In this document: piece after piece, positions 54,142 to 62,237 of the stretch
Position numbering within the stretch: the first letter of the stretch is position 1
Layout of the letters: each line of letters starts with the position of its first letter
NCBI GenBank assembly: GCA_947168855.1
Contig: CAMVNO010000003.1
Span: 24,574 to 88,573 of the forward strand
Reading direction: 5' to 3'
DNA: 64,000 bases
DNA from: an uncultured Clostridia bacterium
GTDB taxonomy: Bacteria > Bacillota > Clostridia > Christensenellales > CAG-138
Translations under genes and position numbers: made by a program
The notes under the pieces: model-generated
Database searches by the model: none
Seen by the model: the letters and a program-made list of their open reading frames with translations, nothing else
Told to the model about the DNA's origin: nothing

Positions 54142-55486
54142 GACACGCCTTGATCATGTGCTCCGGTATGCGGAGGACGAAGGGAAAACAGAGAATGCGG
54201 ATTGGAGCAAGATCGGTGATCCGTCTTTGCGCGACGTCATGGACTATGCCATGGATGATGCGAAAACGCAACAACAGTATTACGTTTCCGGTTGGAATTG
54301 TTTGCCGGGAATAGCATTGAAAGAGATGCGATTAGTCAAACGCATGTTTGGCAAGGAGGACGGCATTCTTGCGTTTCACGGCTATCAGAGTTTCAAACCG
54401 GGTGAGGTATCGCCGGAGATCGCGCATGAGATCGGGATGAAACTGGCGGAAGAGCTGTGGCCCGATCACCAAGTAATCATTGCGACACACGTGAATAAGG
54501 ACCATGTTCATAACCATTTCGTCTTGAATTCCGTTGGTCTCCATGGCAAAAAGTTCAATGCGTGCAAAGCAAGTTACCGTGAAATGCGCGCTGCATCCGA
54601 TCGCCTTTGCAGGGAATACGGACTGTCGGTCATCGAACCGAAGAGCACCAGCACGACGAAGCACTACACGGAGTGGGCAGCGGAACACGCCGGGGAACCG
54701 ACCTACCGTTCGATTATTCGGCAGGACATCGATACCGCAGTTAAGTACAGCATGACCGTTCAGGAGTTCTTCAAAGCCATGAAAAAGAAGGGATATGTCT
54801 TTGAGCAGCGCGGCAGCTTCCTGCGCATCAAGGCAAGCGGTTCAAAGCGGTTTATGCGCCTTCGGTCATTGGGACCGGGATACTCGGAAGAATCCATAAA
54901 ACAGAGAATCCTGCGGCACCGATACCCGGAGATCGAACCGCGAGAACCGAAGAAGCCGAAGAAGTACGTTCGCGTACAGGGTGATTTCCGCTTGTCTAAG
55001 GTCACATGGAAAGGTCTGCGAGCTCTGTATTTTTTCTATGTGCGGAAACTTCGGGAAGCGAAAAGTCATCCGAAACAGCGTTACCCGTTCGTGCTGAAAG
55101 AGGACTTGCGGCATCTTGACGCGCTCTCGGAACAGTCCAAATTTCTATTCCGGTACAAGCTCGACACCGGCGAGCAAGTACAGGCATTACAGAAAACGCT
55201 CTCCGAGAAGCTTTCCGATTTGCAATCCGAGCGTAAGGAACTGAATAACGAACGCCGCAGAACCGGCACAACGGAGGAGCGCAAAACCGAGATCGAGGAT
55301 CGGCTGAAAGCACTTTCCGAAACCGGGAAGCAGCTTCGCCGGGACTTGAAACTGTGTACGGACGTGCTGTTGCGATCCATAGAGATTAAGGAAAAGAGAC
55401 GCACCATGCAGCAAGAACGATTGGCACAGAAACCTACCGAGAAAGGAAAGAGCCGAAATGCGCGGAGACGGGACTATGAACGGTGA
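54113..55486 (+). CDS. Relaxase/mobilisation nuclease domain protein
   Basis: 457 aa. HVNKDHVHNHFVLNSV histidine motif. N-terminus MATTKIWPVK parallels 30551-31849. Confidence 0.88.
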   Translation: MATTKIWPVKTRLDHVLRYAEDEGKTENADWSKIGDPSLRDVMDYAMDDAKTQQQYYVSGWNCLPGIALKEMRLVKRMFGKEDGILAFHGYQSFKPGEVSPEIAHEIGMKLAEELWPDHQVIIATHVNKDHVHNHFVLNSVGLHGKKFNACKASYREMRAASDRLCREYGLSVIEPKSTSTTKHYTEWAAEHAGEPTYRSIIRQDIDTAVKYSMTVQEFFKAMKKKGYVFEQRGSFLRIKASGSKRFMRLRSLGPGYSEESIKQRILRHRYPEIEPREPKKPKKYVRVQGDFRLSKVTWKGLRALYFFYVRKLREAKSHPKQRYPFVLKEDLRHLDALSEQSKFLFRYKLDTGEQVQALQKTLSEKLSDLQSERKELNNERRRTGTTEERKTEIEDRLKALSETGKQLRRDLKLCTDVLLRSIEIKEKRRTMQQERLAQKPTEKGKSRNARRRDYER

Positions 55487-55648
55487 TACAATCGAAATCT
55501 TCTTCACGGTCGAGCCGATCGTGGATGCCGTTTTGAATGCAACGGATTTATCTCCGCCGATTATAAAATTATCTCACGTTTTCGGTTGCAAAAACGCGCG
55601 GGATGAACTATTCGTTAAAGTGACTAAAAATAGAAAGGAGAAACGACC

Positions 55649-55999
55649 ATGAACATTATGTACAGACAAGAGGGCGATTACCTGCTTCCGAACCTGACGC
55701 TCGATCCGCAGCCGGAGGGCGAGATCGGCTTCTGGGGCTGGCGGCGGAAGCAGTTTCTCAAGGAACGCCGCAAGGGCACCTACAACGCTATGCTGATGAA
55801 AGGCACGCTGACGCAGCATTTGATCGACACGAACGAAGCCGCGCTCGACATGATGGAAACGCTTGTCAAGCAGATGGCGGCAGCCGATGACGTGACGGAG
55901 GATCTGAAACGCCGCGATCAGATGGCATGGGTGGGAGCCATGAACAATATCCGAAACCGTGCCGACGAGATTGTCCGCGCCGAGTTGATCGAGGTATAG
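55649..55999 (+). CDS. tnpV: TnpV-like transposon-encoded protein
   Basis: 116 aa. YRQEGDYLLPNL...GFWGWRRKQFLKE...LMKGTLTQHL matches the TnpV pattern. Confidence 0.75.
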   Translation: MNIMYRQEGDYLLPNLTLDPQPEGEIGFWGWRRKQFLKERRKGTYNAMLMKGTLTQHLIDTNEAALDMMETLVKQMAAADDVTEDLKRRDQMAWVGAMNNIRNRADEIVRAELIEV

Positions 56000-56000
56000 T

Positions 56001-57191
56001 ATGGCACGGGCAAAGAAACGCGAGGACAAGCGGTACGAAAAGAAGATCACTGTCGGACGGAACTTTGACGGCTCCCTGAACCGGATCAGCGTCTATGCCG
56101 CAACGCAAAAGGAACTGGAAAGCAAGGTTGCGGAGATCAAGGTACAGATCGAGCAGGGCATTTATCTGAGCTCGGATACGGCACTGTTCGGAAAAATCGC
56201 CGAGAACTGGATCGAGCATTTCAAACCGACGATCAGCGAAAAGATGCGTCTGCGGTATAAAGGCATCATCAAGGGAAAGCTGCAGCCGCTTGCCGAAATG
56301 CGGGTGCGCGATCTGCGACCGATGCATCTGCAGGTCATCATCAACGAAATGGCAAAGGACGGTTACGCGCAGAAATCCATGCAGATGGTGAAGCAGACGG
56401 CGTCGCAGATTCTCGATCTCGCCATGCAAAACGACCTCGTTTATCGGAACGTGTTTGAGAAGATTAAGGTCCCGCACGTTGACGCGGAGGAGCGGCAGCC
56501 GATCACCGAGGAGCAGCGGGAACTGATCCTGAACACATGGGAGGGGCATCGCATGGGCGTACCGGCGCTGATCATGCTGTACTGCGGGCTGCGGCGCGGA
56601 GAACTGCTCGCCCTGCTGTGGACCGACATCGACTTCAAGGCAAAAACGCTTTCGGTCAGCAAGGCGGCGGATATGCCGACGAACGCAACCACGGTGAAGA
56701 AACCGAAGACAAAGGCGGGCACGCGCATTGTTCCGATCCCGGACGCGATCATGCCGGCGCTGCTCAGGGCGAGGAGAGAAGCAATCTCAATGTATGTATG
56801 CCCGGCGATGCACACGGGGGACATCATGAGCGCGCAAGCGTACACGGAGGCGTGGAGCAGCTATATGCACTATCTGAACCTTTGTGCCGGCGGTCGGGAC
56901 AAGGTGCGGACAAAGAACGAAAACGGAAAGGTCTGCTTCATCCCTGCGGTGCAGGCGATGGAACCGTTTACCGCGCATCAATTGCGTCACTCCTACGCGA
57001 CCATGCTCTACGACGCAGACGTGGACGTCAAGACGGCGCAAAAGCTGCTCGGGCACGCGGATTTCTCCGTCACGATGAAGATCTACACGCACTTGTCCAC
57101 GGAAAAGGAAAGCGCGGGCATCGAGAAACTGAATCAGCACGTCACGGAGCATCTCGGCAACAGAATCGAAGTTCTTGCGAATGAGAGATAA
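56001..57191 (+). CDS. int: Tyrosine-type site-specific integrase
   Basis: 396 aa. R (GLRRGELLAL), HQLRHSYAT and LGHADFSVTMKIYTH catalytic blocks. Confidence 0.92.
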   Translation: MARAKKREDKRYEKKITVGRNFDGSLNRISVYAATQKELESKVAEIKVQIEQGIYLSSDTALFGKIAENWIEHFKPTISEKMRLRYKGIIKGKLQPLAEMRVRDLRPMHLQVIINEMAKDGYAQKSMQMVKQTASQILDLAMQNDLVYRNVFEKIKVPHVDAEERQPITEEQRELILNTWEGHRMGVPALIMLYCGLRRGELLALLWTDIDFKAKTLSVSKAADMPTNATTVKKPKTKAGTRIVPIPDAIMPALLRARREAISMYVCPAMHTGDIMSAQAYTEAWSSYMHYLNLCAGGRDKVRTKNENGKVCFIPAVQAMEPFTAHQLRHSYATMLYDADVDVKTAQKLLGHADFSVTMKIYTHLSTEKESAGIEKLNQHVTEHLGNRIEVLANER

Positions 57192-57220
57192 TGCAGCAAT
57201 CGAACAGAACGGCAGCGCAT

Positions 57221-57250
57221 CGGGGAACCGATGCGCCGCTTTTTTCGGAA
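57221..57250 (+). terminator. Rho-independent terminator after int
   Basis: ggcagcgcatcgg / ggaa / ccgatgcgccgc, followed by tttttt. Confidence 0.75.
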
Positions 57251-57335
57251 CGAGTGGTAGTACACTGAAGACTTGAAAACCAAGAACAAAGTATAGTATA
57301 ATCAAAAAGAAATCAATAGTGGTGGGAGGGTGCTT

Positions 57336-57638
57336 ATGTATAACAATGTAGGTAAAAAGATCATGGTATTAGCACAAATTCTTGGTTGGGTTGGCTTAAT
57401 AGCCGGTATAATTACTTGGATTGTGCTATTGATAAATGATGAAAAACTCGGAGGTTGGCTCTCGCTTGTAGGAGGCGTTTTGTCCTTTGTATTTTCATGG
57501 TTTATGTATGGCTTTGGTCAACTCGTGCAAGATGTACACGAAGGTAAAATGAACGCTCCTATTGGTTCAAATGGAGAAAAGAAAACAGAACAAAATGTGC
57601 CGCAGACAGTAGTTTCCGACGAATTGCCGGACCTTTGA
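57336..57638 (+). CDS. Small membrane protein
   Basis: About 100 aa with two or three TM helices. AT-rich. Followed 9 nt later by the next gene. Confidence 0.6.
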   Translation: MYNNVGKKIMVLAQILGWVGLIAGIITWIVLLINDEKLGGWLSLVGGVLSFVFSWFMYGFGQLVQDVHEGKMNAPIGSNGEKKTEQNVPQTVVSDELPDL

Positions 57639-57647
57639 GGAAAGAAT

Positions 57648-59615
57648 ATGTCCGAACGTTATACTCGCTTATTTACACTTCCGGAGGAAAACCTATATGC
57701 TATCGGTTCTCCTATTATCATTTGTGCCGGAGCATTATTAAAAGACACTTTATCTGGAAACATTATCGCGCAGTTGAAGTTTCGCAACATCGGAAACAAA
57801 ACAGTCTCTGCTTTGAAGGTTTCTATACGAACGTTTGATATTTTTGGAAAAGAATTAGAAGGTATAACAGAGTATCAGTATCTAGATTTAGCGGTTTTGA
57901 GGAATCAAGAATTTGGTCAGAAAACCGCTGTGGTTCTGCCAAACCCGGATACTCGTTCTTTTTGCTGTGATTGTCGTAGTGTAGTATTTGCTGATGGCTC
58001 TGTTTGGGAAGCAAAAGAAGCGAATTGGTCACCTCTGAAAAAGCAAGAATCATTACAATCTCGTTTTGGCGATCTGATAAGTCAATATCAACGTGATATA
58101 GGAGATCCGGAAGCAAGATTTGTTGCAATCAATGACCGCGATCTTTGGTTTTGCACGTGTGGAGCAATCAACAATAGTGAGGAAAAAATCTGTCATAGTT
58201 GCAAGGCAAAAATTGAGAAATTAAAAGAGGCAGAAGATACGACGCTCTTAAAAGAGCATTTACAGGAGTATCTACAGAAGGAAGAACAGGCTCGTCTTGA
58301 AGCTGAACGCAAAGCAGAAATCGTACGTGTAGAAAAAGCACGCAAAGCGGAAGAAGAACGGATCGTAGCAGAACAACAAAAGAAGAAAAATATAAAGAGA
58401 GTAATTACGGCATTCGCTATTATTGCGCTGATTGCAGTAATAATCATAGTGTATACTACTATTATTCACCCAATCATTGATTATAATAATGCTAAAGAGT
58501 TATATGAAAAAGGACAGTATGAAGAAGCGATAGCGGCGTTTGAAACAATGAACGGTTATCGGGATAGCGCAGAGCAGATAGAAAAATGTGAAGATGCTAT
58601 CAAAGATGTTAGATATTCCGAAGCAATTGATCTTTATAATGCTGGTAATTATGGAGATGCGATTGTGGTTTTCTCTTCTCTAATAGACTATAAAGATAGT
58701 CGGGCATATGTAGAAGCATGTGAATTGACGATGAAGAATCAAGAATATGAAAATGCGGTCTTGTTGCTCGAATCAGAGCAGTATGAGGATGCCATCATAG
58801 CATTTCAAGCTTTGAAAGACTTTAATGATAGCAAAGATCGTATTATTGATTGTAAGTATCACATTGCTATTAAATTATATGAGAATGGAGAGTATGAAGA
58901 AGCAATTGCAGCTTTCACTGCATTGAATGGGTATAAAGATAGTAGTTCAAAAATAAAGGAAATAACGCCACTGTACAAAAAGGCTTTGCTTGCAAGTGCT
59001 AAGATTGGATCAATTGTTCTTTTTGGGAAATACGAGCAAGACAACAATATGTCTAATGGAAAAGAGAACATTGAATGGCAAGTTCTTGCTAAAGAAGGCG
59101 ACAAAATTCTTCTGCTGAGCAATTATGCACTTGACAGCCAACCATATCATACAACGAATACGAATGTGACTTGGAAAACAAGTTCGCTGCGTAAATGGCT
59201 TAACGAAACATTCTTCAATAATGCGTTTGATACAGATGAAATGAAAATGATTCTTACTACTTCTAACTGTACAACTACTGATACTCGTTCAAATAAATCT
59301 ACAGATGAGATTACAAATGATAGAGTTTTTCTTTTAAGTGTTGAAGAAGCAAAAAAGTACTCTAGTATTATAACATACGATAACACGTATAGCTTTAAGA
59401 AGAAAGGAACTGACTACTGCTTTGCACAAGGTGCAAAGCGAGATGGCAGAGGAAGTACAATTTGTAGGTATTGGTGGTTAAGAGACATCGGGTGTTCTAG
59501 CGCCGGCATTTATGGCGGTAGTTATATTGATGTCTACAAAATTGCGACCTATGAGATTCGTGTGGAGTATAGTGATGTCGCGGTCTGTCCTGCAATTTGG
59601 ATTGATGTTGGGTAA
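57648..59615 (+). CDS. Membrane-anchored repeat protein (N-terminal domain with zinc ribbon, coiled coil, TM, TPR-like repeats, C-terminal DUF6273-like domain)
   Basis: 655 aa. CTCG...CHSC ribbon, K/E-rich coiled coil and a TM helix (VITAFAIIALIAVIIIVYTTII). At least four copies of a ~38-aa motif (G.YEEAI.AF..L.GYKDS). The tail has WWLR and CPAIWI. Confidence 0.7.
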   Translation: MSERYTRLFTLPEENLYAIGSPIIICAGALLKDTLSGNIIAQLKFRNIGNKTVSALKVSIRTFDIFGKELEGITEYQYLDLAVLRNQEFGQKTAVVLPNPDTRSFCCDCRSVVFADGSVWEAKEANWSPLKKQESLQSRFGDLISQYQRDIGDPEARFVAINDRDLWFCTCGAINNSEEKICHSCKAKIEKLKEAEDTTLLKEHLQEYLQKEEQARLEAERKAEIVRVEKARKAEEERIVAEQQKKKNIKRVITAFAIIALIAVIIIVYTTIIHPIIDYNNAKELYEKGQYEEAIAAFETMNGYRDSAEQIEKCEDAIKDVRYSEAIDLYNAGNYGDAIVVFSSLIDYKDSRAYVEACELTMKNQEYENAVLLLESEQYEDAIIAFQALKDFNDSKDRIIDCKYHIAIKLYENGEYEEAIAAFTALNGYKDSSSKIKEITPLYKKALLASAKIGSIVLFGKYEQDNNMSNGKENIEWQVLAKEGDKILLLSNYALDSQPYHTTNTNVTWKTSSLRKWLNETFFNNAFDTDEMKMILTTSNCTTTDTRSNKSTDEITNDRVFLLSVEEAKKYSSIITYDNTYSFKKKGTDYCFAQGAKRDGRGSTICRYWWLRDIGCSSAGIYGGSYIDVYKIATYEIRVEYSDVAVCPAIWIDVG

Positions 59616-59631
59616 AGAATAATGGAGTTGA

Positions 59632-60402
59632 ATGATAATTATGATAGACAAAGCATATTCTGACCTTGAAATAGAGGAGCTTGAGGCAAATCAACAAAAC
59701 CTGTGGGAAGAATGCGAACAAGAACCGAAACTATTATTTAAGTACAAATCAATTGCATTAGCAAAAGATTTTGCTCGGATTTATGATTGCATAAAGCTGA
59801 ATTATCTTTACTTCCCTACAGTGGAAAAACTGAATGATTCTCTAGAAGGAATCGGAACAAAAATACTTTTAGAAAACACAGAACAGTTTGAAAGTGAAAA
59901 GAAAAATGAATACCATGTATTAGCGCTTTCTGAAAATTGCTTTTCTCCGGTCATGTGGGCTCATTATAGCTCGAATAGAAGTGGAGTCTGTCTTGGCTTT
60001 TTCAAAGGGAATCCTCTTGATAGTACTAATGATAGTGCATTTAGAGATGCTAGGCGCGTATACTATGTTGATAAACGATCAGCATTTTCATCTGACGAAG
60101 AAATGGCCGTAGAACGCGACTTATTCTACAAGAATAGTGATTGGTCGTATGAGAAAGAATGGAGAATAGTGAAGAAAACAGATGAAAATGAGTTTAGATA
60201 TAACGAAAGTGATTTAGCATGTGCTATCTTTGGAGAAAAAGCAGACCGTGTATTAAAAGAATGTATTAGAACAATAAATCCGAAACTTTGTTTTTATGAA
60301 GTGCATTACGATGCGCAGCACTATTGCCTATATCTTTCAAACAATACAGCTAAACTCTATACTATTCAAGAATTATATGATGATATTGTAAGTAAAACGT
60401 AA
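59632..60402 (+). CDS. DUF2971-family protein
   Basis: LLFKYKS..., LNDSLEG, VMWAHYSSNRSGVCLGF and YEKEWRIV motifs. Confidence 0.65.
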   Translation: MIIMIDKAYSDLEIEELEANQQNLWEECEQEPKLLFKYKSIALAKDFARIYDCIKLNYLYFPTVEKLNDSLEGIGTKILLENTEQFESEKKNEYHVLALSENCFSPVMWAHYSSNRSGVCLGFFKGNPLDSTNDSAFRDARRVYYVDKRSAFSSDEEMAVERDLFYKNSDWSYEKEWRIVKKTDENEFRYNESDLACAIFGEKADRVLKECIRTINPKLCFYEVHYDAQHYCLYLSNNTAKLYTIQELYDDIVSKT

Positions 60403-60622
60403 GCGAGAACCTGTATTATCCTTCATCTCGTAGAGGGATTTTTTGAGTTATCTACCGGACATTACCAACATTCATAAAGAACATCAAGGTCAATCTGTTT
60501 TTATAAAGGATAGGCAAAACTGCTTCAAATTCGGCGGGGATCGGAACTCGATCTGCCGCCTTTTTTTATGCATAAAACATCGAAACCGATGGGCGATGAA
60601 CAGCACCTCCAAAAAGTCTGTG

Positions 60623-60655
60623 TCGTCAAAGTGTCGTCAAAGTGTCGTCAAAACC
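60623..60655. repeat. Three tandem copies of GTGTCGTCAAA
   Basis: Read directly: gtgtcgtcaaagtgtcgtcaaagtgtcgtcaaa, about 65 nt from the tRNA 3' end inside the island. Confidence 0.85.
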
Positions 60656-60717
60656 CAAAAATCGACGGCTTGCGAAAGAGCCAAAAAGGGAAAATGCCCT
60701 AAATTAGGGCACTTTTT

Positions 60718-60793
60718 TGGTTGCGGGGGCAGGACTTGAACCTGCGGCCTCCGGGTTATGAGCCCGACGAGCTACCGACTGCTCCACCCCGCG
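60718..60793 (-). tRNA. Initiator tRNA-Met (anticodon CAT), CCA encoded
   Basis: The reverse complement reads CGCGGGGTGGAGCAGTCGGTAGCTCGTCGGGCTCATAACCCGGAGGCCGCAGGTTCAAGTCCTGCCCCCGCAACCA. It has a C1-A72 mismatch and three G-C pairs closing the anticodon stem, both initiator hallmarks. Confidence 0.9.
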
Positions 60794-60872
60794 ACGGTGG
60801 ACTTATATTATAGCAAGCATCATACGAATTGTCAAGCCCTGAATAAAAGATTTATTCATCTGTAAAAAAGAC

Positions 60873-60903
60873 TTGACTCTCTCCCAACGTCATGGTTTAC
60901 AAT
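60873..60903 (+). promoter_or_regulatory. MerR-type promoter with 19-nt spacer
   Basis: TTGACT at 60873-60878, a 19-nt spacer and TACAAT at 60898-60903, directly upstream of the MerR/TipA-like gene. Confidence 0.45.
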
Positions 60904-60921
60904 AGCGGTATGGAAAGAACG

Positions 60922-61632
60922 ATGAAAACCGTACAGGAAGTGAGCAAGCTGAGCGGCGTCACGATCCGCACGCTGCGCTATTACGACCGCATCGGACTTT
61001 TGAGCCCTGCGGCGCGCACCGAGGCGGGCTATCGGCTGTATGATGACGCGGCTTTGATGCGGCTAATGCGGATCCTGCTTCTCAAAGAGCTGGAGATCCC
61101 GCTCAAGGACGTCAAGCGGCTGCTGCAGCTGTCCGACGCGGCGCAGCGCGAGGCGATCGGGCTGCAGATCAAGGCATTGGAACTCAAGAAGGAACGGACA
61201 GAAAAGCTGATCGCGCTTGCGCGGCGGCTGGAGAAAGGAGAGGGGACGATGGATTTTTCGGCATTCGACAGAAGCAGAGAGGAGGCGTACGCCGCCGAGG
61301 CAAAGGCGCGATGGGGAGATACCGCGGCGTATCGTGAATACGAGACCAGACCGAGGCAGCCCGGCGCAGAGGACCGGCTCATGGCGATCTTTGCGGATTT
61401 CGGCGCGCTCAGGGACGGCGATCCGGCGTCTGCTGAGGCGCAGGTAAAGGTGAAGACGCTGCAGGATTGTATCAGCGCAAACTATTATACCTGCACCGAC
61501 GAGATCCTTTTCGGGCTCGGGCAGATGTATGCCGCGGATGAACGGTTTCGGGCGAACATCGACGCCGCGGGCGGGGAAGGCACGGCGGCGTTTGTACAAA
61601 AGGCGATCATAGCGTATTGCGCGAAAAGGTGA
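60922..61632 (+). CDS. MerR-family regulator with TipAS-like C-terminal domain
   Basis: MKTVQEVSKLSGVTIRTLRYYDRIGLL HTH. The C-terminus (ARWGDTAAYREYE...GLGQMYAADERFRANID) is typical of TipAS. ATG 60922 is preferred. Confidence 0.85.
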   Translation: MKTVQEVSKLSGVTIRTLRYYDRIGLLSPAARTEAGYRLYDDAALMRLMRILLLKELEIPLKDVKRLLQLSDAAQREAIGLQIKALELKKERTEKLIALARRLEKGEGTMDFSAFDRSREEAYAAEAKARWGDTAAYREYETRPRQPGAEDRLMAIFADFGALRDGDPASAEAQVKVKTLQDCISANYYTCTDEILFGLGQMYAADERFRANIDAAGGEGTAAFVQKAIIAYCAKR

Positions 61633-61711
61633 ACAGGATCCTTCATCGCTGCGCTTCTCAGGATGACAGTACGAAAAAGAGCCGCGGCTGCGGCTCCGTT
61701 TCATTTTTGGC

Positions 61712-62167
61712 TTACGCGCACATGCCGTGGCATGCCATGTAATCATAGATGCGCTTGCCGTGTTCCTGTTCTTCCTTCTGGATGTGGTTCAGCGCATTGC
61801 GCGCACCGGCGTCGGTAAACTCAAAGATGCACGCGTCATACAGCGAGGAAACGTGCTTTTCCGTGTCCAGCGCGTCGCGGCAGAGGAATTCGTCATTCTC
61901 GCTCTTTCTGCCGCAGTTGTCGCACGGCTGCGCGTTGTTCTGCTGTTGCTGCTGCCCGCCCGCCATCATGGGGACAGTGCCCTGCATCAGTGATTCGATC
62001 GTCTGCAGATGCGTTTTCTCCGCTTCGCGAATGCTTTCAAAGAGCATCTTCAGCGTGGGATCCTCGGCGCGCTCGGCATACGTTCCGTATTTTTCGATGC
62101 AGAGCTCCTCCGAGCTTTTCAGGTCCTTCAAAAGGGACGTTTCTTTTTGCGTCAGTTTCATTTTCAT
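61712..62167 (-). CDS. Spore coat protein F (CotF)-like protein
   Basis: LTQKETSLLKDLKSSEELCIEKYGTYA... duplicated four-helix pattern with a Q-rich linker. Start is ambiguous (62179, 62167 or 62161). Confidence 0.65.
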   Translation of the reverse strand: MKMKLTQKETSLLKDLKSSEELCIEKYGTYAERAEDPTLKMLFESIREAEKTHLQTIESLMQGTVPMMAGGQQQQQNNAQPCDNCGRKSENDEFLCRDALDTEKHVSSLYDACIFEFTDAGARNALNHIQKEEQEHGKRIYDYMACHGMCA

Positions 62168-62237
62168 CACCTCGCCCATAGCATGGACGAAAAACCGCCG
62201 CCTATGCGCAGGCGGCGGGATTCGCTATCATTCGAGA

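Larger units (their letters stand above)
50291..57191. mobile_element. Mobilisation/recombination backbone B (accessory Zn-ribbon protein, Xis, ParB-like, MobC, relaxase, TnpV, tyrosine integrase)
   Basis: Gene content and order are typical of Firmicutes integrative mobilisable elements. Composition is GC-richer than the flanking cargo. Confidence 0.65.
14117..60717. mobile_element. Composite genomic island accreted at the 3' end of the initiator tRNA-Met gene
   Basis: Composition and codon style break at 14116/14117 and again at the tRNA. The tRNA 3' end is repeated directly at 34438-34483 and 15174-15185. Contents are recombinases, relaxases, an IS, TA and defence genes. Confidence 0.65.
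34484..60717. mobile_element. Island segment B, bounded by the tRNA 3'-half direct repeats
   Basis: Flanked by the 40-45-nt direct repeats. Contains Xis, tyrosine integrase, relaxase and defence cargo. Confidence 0.6.

Noticed and set aside
60443-60739. 98-aa ORF running into the tRNA gene
   Set aside because: It covers a terminator hairpin, an 11-bp tandem repeat and the tRNA 3' end. It has no RBS and its composition is implausible.
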